A stretch of 64,000 bases of DNA from Minisyncoccota bacterium (lineage in GTDB: Bacteria; Patescibacteriota; Minisyncoccia; Phycocordibacterales; GCA-2747955): positions 1,859 to 65,858 of the forward strand of contig JAHDEI010000003.1 in the NCBI GenBank assembly GCA_020628915.1, written 5' to 3'. Position 1 is the stretch's first letter. Each line of letters starts with the position of its first letter. Both the position numbers and the translations under genes were made by a program. The notes below the pieces were generated by a model. It saw only the letters and a program-made list of their open reading frames with translations, had not been told where the DNA came from and did no database searches. Of this stretch, positions 39,364 through 47,941 are shown in pieces.

Positions 39364-39945
39364 TTATCGCCTGTGCATTGCCTGTGTTGCTCGGACCTTC
39401 GTTACACCATCTTTGATAAAGACGGTGACATAAACCGAGAATGCCGGATTGGTGACCCGATTGTTCTCGGGACAAATTGGCATCTGGTACGGTAGCACGA
39501 ACGGTTCAGATACGCCTGCAACAGTTGTTGCCTCTATACCTATCCGGTCGCCCGGATTTGCATATTGTATGGCTGCTTCGTTGCGGCCATCTCCGTACGG
39601 CGGCTGGTTATAGCCCGGACCAAAATTATCATCAAATCCACCCCGAACCGGACGTAGACCACGATTAATCTCATTGACGTGGAGATTTGCATCACCAGGA
39701 GTGGCGATGTTCACCTCACGTATAAAGTACGGACAGCGTCCGTTACGAACGTGGTCGTTCAGTCCCCGGTTGCTGTAGCGCTCAAAACCGTAAGGCTTGC
39801 CGCTGGGCGAGGGATCAAAATTCTTGGCGTCTTTGTATCCGAATCCTGCTGACTTTGTCCCATCCGAATTTGGATCAGGTGGGGTTGCGCATGCAGATAT
39901 TGTCAACGCAAGCGTTGCACAAATCAATAGTTTTTTAGATGTCAT
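39364..39945 (-). CDS. Lipoprotein of unknown function
   Basis: Lipobox ISAC; SD AAGGAGGT; TTGACA promoter. Confidence 0.72.
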   Translation of the reverse strand: MTSKKLLICATLALTISACATPPDPNSDGTKSAGFGYKDAKNFDPSPSGKPYGFERYSNRGLNDHVRNGRCPYFIREVNIATPGDANLHVNEINRGLRPVRGGFDDNFGPGYNQPPYGDGRNEAAIQYANPGDRIGIEATTVAGVSEPFVLPYQMPICPENNRVTNPAFSVYVTVFIKDGVTKVRATQAMHRR

Positions 39946-40039
39946 GAGACACCTCCTTTCAAATTATTGCCTTAATAAAAAAGACAGATTGCAAACTGTC
40001 TAAATTATATTTATTTTATACAGTATTGTCAAATTGTAC

Positions 40040-40597
40040 TTAAATAGCACTAGACCCGTGAAACAAAATCAATAGTCCAGATGGTACAGCAGGGTGAGGA
40101 CATGCCCCCGCTGGACAAGGAACCATACATGGGATTGGTGTTACAGCGGCTTTTCCAAGCATGCTTTGTCCTAGAGTACGAGGTGGTCCTGCGCTAAAAG
40201 AAATTGAACCTGGTCCATACAAGAACGCTCCGCCGCGTGGAGGTCCAATAATAAGAGGGTAGTGTCCGGAAACACAACCAGCCGGAGGAGGAGAAATAAA
40301 AGTGATTTTGCCACCAAAGTCATAGGTTGTTGGGTTAGGGGCACCACTGAGGATGAGGCTCCCAATTGCAATACCTGCTCCAATTCCAAGAACCACGTCT
40401 CCGGTATCGATCCCGCCACTAGAATTATTTTCTGTATTTTGGTTAGAGTTTGGTGTGGTTGTGGCCGTTGTTGTGTCGTTTTGTTCGTCTTCTGTGAGTA
40501 TCGGCTCTACAATAGATTGTGCAACTAGAGATAGTGGAAAAAAGACAAGCAAGAGAGATGCTATTAAAGAGAATAGAGGTGACGTCATCGACTTCAT
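40040..40597 (-). CDS. Secreted protein with a Pro/Gly/Cys-rich C-terminal domain
   Basis: Signal peptide, Thr/Asn linker, CMVPCPAGAC. Confidence 0.6.
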   Translation of the reverse strand: MKSMTSPLFSLIASLLLVFFPLSLVAQSIVEPILTEDEQNDTTTATTTPNSNQNTENNSSGGIDTGDVVLGIGAGIAIGSLILSGAPNPTTYDFGGKITFISPPPAGCVSGHYPLIIGPPRGGAFLYGPGSISFSAGPPRTLGQSMLGKAAVTPIPCMVPCPAGACPHPAVPSGLLILFHGSSAI

Positions 40598-40631
40598 ACG
40601 AAAATTCTAGCACACATGCTACAATTTTTTT

Positions 40632-41561
40632 ATGAAGTACTCCAAAGAAGAAGAAATTTACGACCGAGTAAAACGAAAGGAAAAGACAAGTGCCTTTCTT
40701 AGACCTCTAATGAAATTTTTATTGTGGGCAGCTTTTGTCTGTATTTGTCTTTGGGGGCTCTACTACTGGTTCTCTTCTTTTAAGAACACTAAAACATATA
40801 CCCCTAGTGAGGAAACTGTGTTGACTGTTGCTGAGCAAAGAGTGCTGGATTCAGATGGAGATGGACTCGAAGATTGGCAAGAAGATTTATATGGCACTAG
40901 TAATAAATTGCGTGACACTGATGGAGATGGTTTGTTGGACGGTCAAGAGGTTGCACTGGGTTATGACCCAAATTATTACGGAGAAGGTCTTCTTGATGGA
41001 GATGTTTTGCCGCAAAAAAAAGTTTTTGAGGACTATGTTTTTGAGTCTACAAATTCACAAAGTTCATTTAATTTTGATCCTGTGACTAATAGCTTTTTAC
41101 AAAATTCTGGAGACGATGAGGTAAAAAAAATCATCAAACAGTCAGTGAATGTGCTTGGTGCGATCATTGGAAAACACTCGTTTGCAGACATGCAGAATGT
41201 AGATTTATTTGGCTCTCTGTTTGTTAAAGATCTGACAACTTCACAAATCTCTGATTTACGTTCTGTGGTTGATGCATACCGTACTATTGCTGAGGAGATT
41301 GGGTCACTTAATTATCATGTCACAGTTGACATGGAGGCTCGGAGACTGCAACAAAGTTACGAAAATGTTGCGGGGTTACTCGAAAAGCTGATTGACGGAC
41401 AATCAATAAGTTCCCAGCAATACCAAGACCTTCTATTGGCATACACAACAGCGGTTACCGAGCAGCAAAATGCATTAGTTGCAGTCCATAGGATCGTGAC
41501 CGCACATGGCATTAAATATATTTCTACTGAACCAGGCTCTTTCTTTCTCTTTGAATTGTAG
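40632..41561 (+). CDS. Membrane-anchored protein with thrombospondin-3-like Ca-binding repeats
   Basis: DSDGDGLEDWQE and DTDGDGLLDGQE. Confidence 0.75.
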   Translation: MKYSKEEEIYDRVKRKEKTSAFLRPLMKFLLWAAFVCICLWGLYYWFSSFKNTKTYTPSEETVLTVAEQRVLDSDGDGLEDWQEDLYGTSNKLRDTDGDGLLDGQEVALGYDPNYYGEGLLDGDVLPQKKVFEDYVFESTNSQSSFNFDPVTNSFLQNSGDDEVKKIIKQSVNVLGAIIGKHSFADMQNVDLFGSLFVKDLTTSQISDLRSVVDAYRTIAEEIGSLNYHVTVDMEARRLQQSYENVAGLLEKLIDGQSISSQQYQDLLLAYTTAVTEQQNALVAVHRIVTAHGIKYISTEPGSFFLFEL

Positions 41562-41615
41562 TGTGCACAAATATGCTTTGTTTAGCTAGGTAGTTTTGGG
41601 TATGATAGATACATC

Positions 41616-42557
41616 ATGAATGATTTTTTGCCAAGCAGAAAGGTTATTGCTTTTGTGCTCATTCCTATCCTCACTATTTTTGCGGTGTGGAGTGTTATTG
41701 AATTCTACAAGACACCAATTACCGTTGTTCCTGATGAGAACCCGCTACAGGTAGCATTACTTGAAGGTCAAATTGAATTTCAAAACCAAGACACTGACGG
41801 CGACGGCCTTAAAGACTGGGAAGAATTTTTATACCAAACTGACGAGACCAATCCCGACACTGATGGGGATGGATCAACAGACGGGGCAGAAGTCCAAAAA
41901 GGGTTTGATCCACTTTTTGCGGGTAACGGAACGAGTACCGAAGGTGTAACGGCGAGCTCAGAGAGCGGGTTTGTGTTTTATAAAGACGACCCTACCTTGA
42001 ACAAAACAGATGTCTTGGCCCGAGATTTGTTTATTGGTGTTACTGAGTTATCAAAAGCAGAAGCAGTAGGAACAAATATCCAAGATGGTGTTATTCAGCG
42101 CATCATTGACGAGACCACAACAGCAGACAGTATTTTAAAATATGATCGAGAAGATTTGTCGATAGTTGCTGACTCTTTTTCTGCAAAAAACTTATACAGA
42201 CAACAATACCAAGCGGCAACCCAGACGCTTTCAGGGGTATCTTTTTATGAACTGGAATTGATGTCTCGTGCAGTTGAAGAGGGGGATGAGACAGCATTAG
42301 TTGAGCTGGGGAAGAATGGAGCGGCATATGTTGCATTTGCAGAAGCGCTTCGCGGAGTGAAGGTCCCAGAGTCAATTTCGCAAGTACACTTAGAGCTAAT
42401 AAACAACCTCTTAATCATGGCTGAATCCATCTCTCAGATGCAAGGTGTAGAAGAAGACCCTCTTAACGTAATTGTTTACTCAGACAAATTCTTGGAGGAC
42501 GAAGGATTAGTAGAAAAGAACTTGGATGCGATTTCATTGTATTTTAATCGCAATTAG
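41616..42557 (+). CDS. Paralogous membrane-anchored TSP3-like repeat protein
   Basis: DTDGDGLKDWEE and DTDGDGSTDGAE. Confidence 0.75.
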   Translation: MNDFLPSRKVIAFVLIPILTIFAVWSVIEFYKTPITVVPDENPLQVALLEGQIEFQNQDTDGDGLKDWEEFLYQTDETNPDTDGDGSTDGAEVQKGFDPLFAGNGTSTEGVTASSESGFVFYKDDPTLNKTDVLARDLFIGVTELSKAEAVGTNIQDGVIQRIIDETTTADSILKYDREDLSIVADSFSAKNLYRQQYQAATQTLSGVSFYELELMSRAVEEGDETALVELGKNGAAYVAFAEALRGVKVPESISQVHLELINNLLIMAESISQMQGVEEDPLNVIVYSDKFLEDEGLVEKNLDAISLYFNRN

Positions 42558-42574
42558 CTATAATCGAATTATCT

Positions 42575-44284
42575 ATGGCCCTATCATTTAAACATGCAAT
42601 TATCGGATTAATTATTGCTGCGGTGGCAGGTGCTTCTATTTTTGTATTAAGACCAACTCCGGCAAGTGCTGGATTTTCAGAGTGTTTGACTGCAGCAGGT
42701 CTAGGTAAGGTTGTCTCAATTGCAGGGAAAGCAACAAAGGTGCAAACACAGGATGATGTCACCAACATCGCAACGACAGGTTCAGTCGCAAAAGAGTGTG
42801 TTTTAGACGGTATTGGGCTTGCTCTTCGTGAGGCGCTTATTCGAAAAATTACTTCTTCGACGATTGAGTGGATCAACTCTGGATTTGAAGGGTCTCCTGC
42901 CTTCGTCACTGATGTAGATGATTTTCTGGTTGATGCAGCCGATGAGGCATTTGGTGATTTCATTTATCAAGACGCAAACTTTGCACATCTTTGTTCGCCA
43001 TGGGAATTTGACATTAGATTTGCCTTAGCCCTTTCGTACTCACAGGTTGAGAGACCGCGTTGTACACTCTCTGACATTGTAGATAATGTCGAGACTGCTA
43101 TTGATGATCTGTCAGTTGAATGGGATTGGGAAGTATTCCAAGCAGTGACAACCGAATCAGGTGGAAACCCGATTACATCATTTATTCAGGTGTCTGAAGA
43201 TCTATCGAACGTAATCGAATCAACTACCGGACAAAAGGTTGATGACCTCAACCGGGGTGGAGGGTTCTTGTCGTTCCAACACTGTAAAGACGCAAATGAT
43301 CGATATAATCTTTATTCATCACAACAAGACTTGTCAGGTTTTTCACCCGAAGATTGTGAAATTGCCACACCAGGTTCAATTATTAGGCAGGGATTGTCTG
43401 ATAACTTGAACGCTGATCTAGAACGACTGACTATTGCAGATGAGTTTGACGAGATTATTGGTGCTTTGATGGGGCAATTGTTCCAACAGGCACTTGGTCG
43501 TGATGGTGTTCGTGGACTTTCCGCACGAAGTGGGGGTTCAACTTCTTTTATTGATCAATACCGACAAGATGCTGCAGGGGCTGGCCAACAAGGAGCTCAA
43601 GACCTTGGTTCAGCTGTTGGATCATTCTCAGAGAATGCTACTCAATACATAGGACTGCAAAATACAAAAATTCAAGAATTGCTTGCTGCAAAAATCGCGG
43701 TGTCTGAGGCATATAATTGTTATGACTCAAAATACAATACATGGGTAGACGCAACAGGAACAGTTATTGATCCACAAAACGTAGTAAATGTTCCAGAGGC
43801 AGATCGTGCACGGGCAACATTCTTGTCACAAGTTCCCCTACAATTTAGAGGATTTACATATAATGTTCTTACGCCTGAGACCTCACTGGCAAAATCACAA
43901 GAGTTTAAAGCAATTTTGGATCGAATTGACGCTGACCTTCTCACTACCGAGTCAGAATTGAATCAAGCACAACAGACTCTTGCTTTGACACAAAATTATG
44001 AAAATAGGCTTGCAGCAACGACAGATGTGGCGCAGACACAACTAATTTACCAAGAGTTCTCAAACGCAATTGGAAATCAAAACGTTGATCCAGTTCTTGC
44101 ACAAGTATCCCTTGAAAACATTCGAGCATACATCGACCAGGCCGTTAATGGCAGCATCACTTTTGTTGGCGGATCACAGGTTAGACAAGGAGGAGCAACC
44201 CAAGAACTAGCAACATGTCAGAGCTACAATCAAGTTTCGATTCCGAATTTAACAGCCACAACATCTACAACAACTAGTCCGTAA
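42575..44284 (+). CDS. Secreted helical/coiled-coil protein with paired cysteines
   Basis: Signal peptide ASA; several spaced Cys; C-terminal coiled coil. Confidence 0.6.
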   Translation: MALSFKHAIIGLIIAAVAGASIFVLRPTPASAGFSECLTAAGLGKVVSIAGKATKVQTQDDVTNIATTGSVAKECVLDGIGLALREALIRKITSSTIEWINSGFEGSPAFVTDVDDFLVDAADEAFGDFIYQDANFAHLCSPWEFDIRFALALSYSQVERPRCTLSDIVDNVETAIDDLSVEWDWEVFQAVTTESGGNPITSFIQVSEDLSNVIESTTGQKVDDLNRGGGFLSFQHCKDANDRYNLYSSQQDLSGFSPEDCEIATPGSIIRQGLSDNLNADLERLTIADEFDEIIGALMGQLFQQALGRDGVRGLSARSGGSTSFIDQYRQDAAGAGQQGAQDLGSAVGSFSENATQYIGLQNTKIQELLAAKIAVSEAYNCYDSKYNTWVDATGTVIDPQNVVNVPEADRARATFLSQVPLQFRGFTYNVLTPETSLAKSQEFKAILDRIDADLLTTESELNQAQQTLALTQNYENRLAATTDVAQTQLIYQEFSNAIGNQNVDPVLAQVSLENIRAYIDQAVNGSITFVGGSQVRQGGATQELATCQSYNQVSIPNLTATTSTTTSP

Positions 44285-44393
44285 TAATCAACAAAAGCCG
44301 GCCCTATGGGCCGGCTTTTATGCTACGATAAATCTATCGAATACAGGTGGTATATTTGACATATATCAAATTATTTATATAATATAATTAGCT

Positions 44394-44660
44394 ATGGATG
44401 AAAAACAATTGCAAGCATATGGACAAAGAATAGGTGCGGCACTCTCCGAGTGGGATGTTCCAGAAGATTTTAAATTAGCGTTTTTAGAACTATTGCCTTC
44501 ACTCACCATTGATCAAATTGATTCATTGCGTGAATCAATCGAAGAAAGAGTTGTTGAACAAACAGCAATTGAACAAACATCAGAGTACCAAGCGAGTATG
44601 GTTGAACTAAATAAAGCAGCAATCAAAGATATTGATAATTTATTAGCTGATATTAAATAA
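44394..44660 (+). CDS. Small acidic helical protein
   Basis: 88 aa ORF directly upstream of the large ORF. Confidence 0.6.
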   Translation: MDEKQLQAYGQRIGAALSEWDVPEDFKLAFLELLPSLTIDQIDSLRESIEERVVEQTAIEQTSEYQASMVELNKAAIKDIDNLLADIK

Positions 44661-44667
44661 TTTGTAT

Positions 44668-47082
44668 ATGAAACAAGGAACATTGAAAAACTGGCCACCT
44701 CAAAATACTTCTTCAGATGAATCTGAAGACAAGAAATCTCTTTTTGAGGGTGTAGTTGATGTGGTTAAGAACGCGCCAAGTATCCTCAAGACTGTTGGTA
44801 AAGAGTATGCAAAAACAGCAATTGGGTTAAATGCGTATCGTGGGTGGAAACAGTATGCAAAATCGCGTACTGCTTTTAACCGTAGTGAAGATGTTTTGGC
44901 GGAGCTACTTGAGAGCAGAAAGTCTTTTTTAGAAAAAACGGCTGACAATATCGATATGTCTGGTACAGAATCTTATCTTTCGAGTAAAGATGATTTTCGC
45001 TCAAAGCTTGCAGAGCTGCGCGAATTAAACAAATCTTTAGATAAAGAAAAATACGCAGATCAACGATCACGTATCGCATCTGTTTTGGCTGAATATAGAT
45101 CGCATAAAGAATCAGTACGAAATGATGTAGCTGAACGCCTATCTGACGAAAAAAGAAAAGACGCATTAGAAGCAGGGCGTCAGACTGCTTCGTTTGGCTT
45201 GTCTGCTGCTGTACTAACAGGATTTGGTGGTGCTGGAACAATAGCAGCGGGCCTCGGTTCACGTGCGGGATTTGATGGACTCATTAGACAAACAAAACTA
45301 GCGATGGAAAAAGGAGATACAGGCTGGAAAAATGTATTTATCGGGGGTGTGCAAGAGACGTTCAAGGCGGCTAAAGAGGGAGATACAACAGCAATCGCAA
45401 GAATCGCTGGGTATGGTATTTCCGGAACCATGCTTGCTGATGCGGCTGGGTTGGATGGTGCAATCAGAGAAAGTGTGGTCAAAGGCGTCTCAGGTGTTCT
45501 TGGTGGGGCTGCAGACGTCATCACTCCTTCTGCTCATGCAGCCAGCCCAGAAGATTTTATGCCAGGGCAGCACACAAAACAATTTGAAACAAGTACGAGC
45601 GGAGATCCAATTGCGTCAGTGCCTGACGCAGAGGTTGCACAAGCAACGAAGGGTCCAGCACCTGAGGTGGCACCAGATGCAGCTCCATCTGCTAGACCAG
45701 AAAATACTCCATTCTCTACTGATCTAGCCGGGTATCAAGACCCTCTTGAATCAAGACTAGATAACGGATATGTTCCTGAGTCGGAGACTCCAGAATCAGC
45801 TGACGCTGCTGCAGAAATCTCATCAGAAGACGCGGCTCAGATAGAGCAATTAGCAAAACTCGACGATATCTCAGTTGAGATTCCTAAGGGCGAGGGAGGT
45901 GTCATGCTTGTAAAGATGTTGCGAGCAGATTTAGCCGAAGCATATGGATTTGAACTAGGCGATGACATGCAGGTTCCAGACGACGCCCCAGATGTTGTTA
46001 AAGAACTATTTAAAGACGACCTTCTAAAAACAGCAGAAAAGCTTGGTTTTTATGATCCATCAGGCATGGGCAATGACGGAGCTGAGAGTTTTATGTTTAA
46101 TGAAAAAGCAACTCTTTCTTTCCAAGAAGGGCAATTAAAATTGGTAAACCCAGACGATGGAGACTATTTGCTAACAAGACCTGGCGAGGACGGAGAAGTT
46201 GTGTTTGAAAAAGACGACCTAAAGGCTCGAATGTTTGATTACGAGAGAAATCTTAAGGTACCAGATGTCGATCCCGTAATTAGTGAAGGGAGGGTGGTTT
46301 CGAGCGAAGGAGTTCTTGTGGACTCAGGATTGAGTACAAGAGACGTTTTTGAAGCTCCAGCCTATGGTTCTTCTAGGTATGCACCTGGCACGTATTATGT
46401 CGACGGAGACACGGGACAAGAATTTTTGTATGCAGACAAAGGAGGTCCATCTGGGAACCTGTATAGTCCGGAATTCCAATCTAGTCCAGCAAGTAATCCG
46501 TCTCCACTTGAGCAAACTAGCGGCAATACAAGTGCACAAGAATATATAAAACCAAACCCAACACAATCAGCTATCCCTGAGCAACCTCAGACCGTGAGAC
46601 AACAAGTTATCCAAGGTGCCATTGAGGGCTCACGCGACAATTTTAATGAAGGCATTAATACCATTCGAGATGCGGGAGAAAGGGTTATTGAAGAAGGTAA
46701 AACGTTGTTTGATAGGTATGACGTACCTGATCGCATGCGTGGCGCTGCAGAATACATTCAGAATCACACGACAGATAGGAACTTCGTGATGTTTGATGAG
46801 ACTCAGTTGCCAAAAGAGCATTTTGGAAACGTGGAGAAGGTTATCAATAATCAGACCCAATATTTGAAATTTACTACCTCCGACGGTTCTCGAATTGGGC
46901 TGACCTCGTTTGTTGACCCAACTGGTCGACCAGGGTTTGATGTATTTGAATTTCCTTCTACATACAGTCAGCAAGATATCGCTGAAAAAGGACCATTAAA
47001 ATTAGGTGAATTTTTTGATTCAGATCCAAAGATCGGACTCTATTCAGCACTTGATACAGTAGCCTTAAGACTAGGAAGATAA
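44668..47082 (+). CDS. Large hypothetical protein (coiled coil, Gly/Ala-rich hydrophobic helices, acidic linker)
   Basis: About 800 aa ORF; no family recognised. Confidence 0.7.
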   Translation: MKQGTLKNWPPQNTSSDESEDKKSLFEGVVDVVKNAPSILKTVGKEYAKTAIGLNAYRGWKQYAKSRTAFNRSEDVLAELLESRKSFLEKTADNIDMSGTESYLSSKDDFRSKLAELRELNKSLDKEKYADQRSRIASVLAEYRSHKESVRNDVAERLSDEKRKDALEAGRQTASFGLSAAVLTGFGGAGTIAAGLGSRAGFDGLIRQTKLAMEKGDTGWKNVFIGGVQETFKAAKEGDTTAIARIAGYGISGTMLADAAGLDGAIRESVVKGVSGVLGGAADVITPSAHAASPEDFMPGQHTKQFETSTSGDPIASVPDAEVAQATKGPAPEVAPDAAPSARPENTPFSTDLAGYQDPLESRLDNGYVPESETPESADAAAEISSEDAAQIEQLAKLDDISVEIPKGEGGVMLVKMLRADLAEAYGFELGDDMQVPDDAPDVVKELFKDDLLKTAEKLGFYDPSGMGNDGAESFMFNEKATLSFQEGQLKLVNPDDGDYLLTRPGEDGEVVFEKDDLKARMFDYERNLKVPDVDPVISEGRVVSSEGVLVDSGLSTRDVFEAPAYGSSRYAPGTYYVDGDTGQEFLYADKGGPSGNLYSPEFQSSPASNPSPLEQTSGNTSAQEYIKPNPTQSAIPEQPQTVRQQVIQGAIEGSRDNFNEGINTIRDAGERVIEEGKTLFDRYDVPDRMRGAAEYIQNHTTDRNFVMFDETQLPKEHFGNVEKVINNQTQYLKFTTSDGSRIGLTSFVDPTGRPGFDVFEFPSTYSQQDIAEKGPLKLGEFFDSDPKIGLYSALDTVALRLGR

Positions 47083-47096
47083 ACAAATCCTTAGAC

Positions 47097-47252
47097 TTGA
47101 CAAGTAGTCAAATTTAGTATAGAATACTCCCATAAGTTCTTTGAGAAATTTATGGTTAAGAGTACGAAATGACTGTTTTGCATAGCATGATGCTAGACAA
47201 AACAGTCATTTCGTATAAATCACACGGATATGGCGTAAACGTGTCCGTGTGA
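47097..47252 (+). promoter_or_regulatory. Sigma-70 promoter, boxA-like element and structured leader
   Basis: TTGACA-17-TAGAAT; GTTCTTTGAGAA at 47136-47147; 18-bp inverted repeat 47163-47180/47198-47215; second hairpin 47220-47252. Confidence 0.65.
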
Positions 47253-47285
47253 CACATCAATCTTGAAAAAACAGAGGAGTTCATC

Positions 47286-47699
47286 ATGAACATCAAGAAA
47301 ACTATTATGATATTGGCAGCTGTTGGCATGACAGTTTCAACAACAGCATGCAAAACGATGGAGGGAGGCACCTATCAGGTTGCTGCTCGCCAAGCTAAGG
47401 ACGGTGCAACGGTTGCCCAGCAAGGTAGTCAAACTGTTCAGGAAGCCGACAAGGCAGAATCATCTTCTCGGCAGAATTCTCGGCAGCGATGGTTGAAAGA
47501 TGGCAAGGCACCAGCTACCGCTTCTCGCGAAGCAGCATATCTGGATATGGCCGAAGACAACTTTGACCATGCTCGTGACGCTGGGTTTGCCGCAATCATT
47601 GCGGGTAAGGCTCTGGGAATGGATGCCTTGCGCGATCTGTGCGACAAGAAAGACGATCAAATGGCATGTGCAGCCTTGGCAACTATGCAGCCAGAATAA
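47286..47699 (+). CDS. Small lipoprotein
   Basis: Signal peptide ending TTAC (CKTMEG); SD GAGGAG. Confidence 0.72.
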   Translation: MNIKKTIMILAAVGMTVSTTACKTMEGGTYQVAARQAKDGATVAQQGSQTVQEADKAESSSRQNSRQRWLKDGKAPATASREAAYLDMAEDNFDHARDAGFAAIIAGKALGMDALRDLCDKKDDQMACAALATMQPE

Positions 47700-47734
47700 C
47701 TCTTAACCAGTTTCGGACCCAGTCAAATGGGTCC

Positions 47735-47789
47735 GTTCTGTCTGAAGATGTGTATCTTCACTGATGAGTCCAAAAGGACGAAACAGAAT
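47735..47789 (+). ncRNA. Type III hammerhead ribozyme (copy 2), predicted cleavage after C47742
   Basis: GTTCTG-TC / stem I TGAAGAT-GTGT-ATCTTCA / CTGATGA / GTCC-AAAA-GGAC / GAAA-CAGAAT. Confidence 0.93.
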
Positions 47790-47941
47790 GTTCTTTGAAA
47801 TCATAAACAAGTATAGAGTTTATGAATCGGCCCCCATGTACATTGATGTGTATATAGGAGCCGATTCAATGTAGTCCGATCGGCATCGCCCAATCGGGCT
47901 ACTCAAAACTTATATTTAGCTTAGAAAAGAAGGAGACGCAC

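Noticed and set aside
23109-47742. Two hammerheads delimiting a circular RNA, retrozyme or viroid-like unit
   Set aside because: They are about 24.6 kb apart, separated by many terminators and opposite-strand genes, and share no flanking repeat beyond the core
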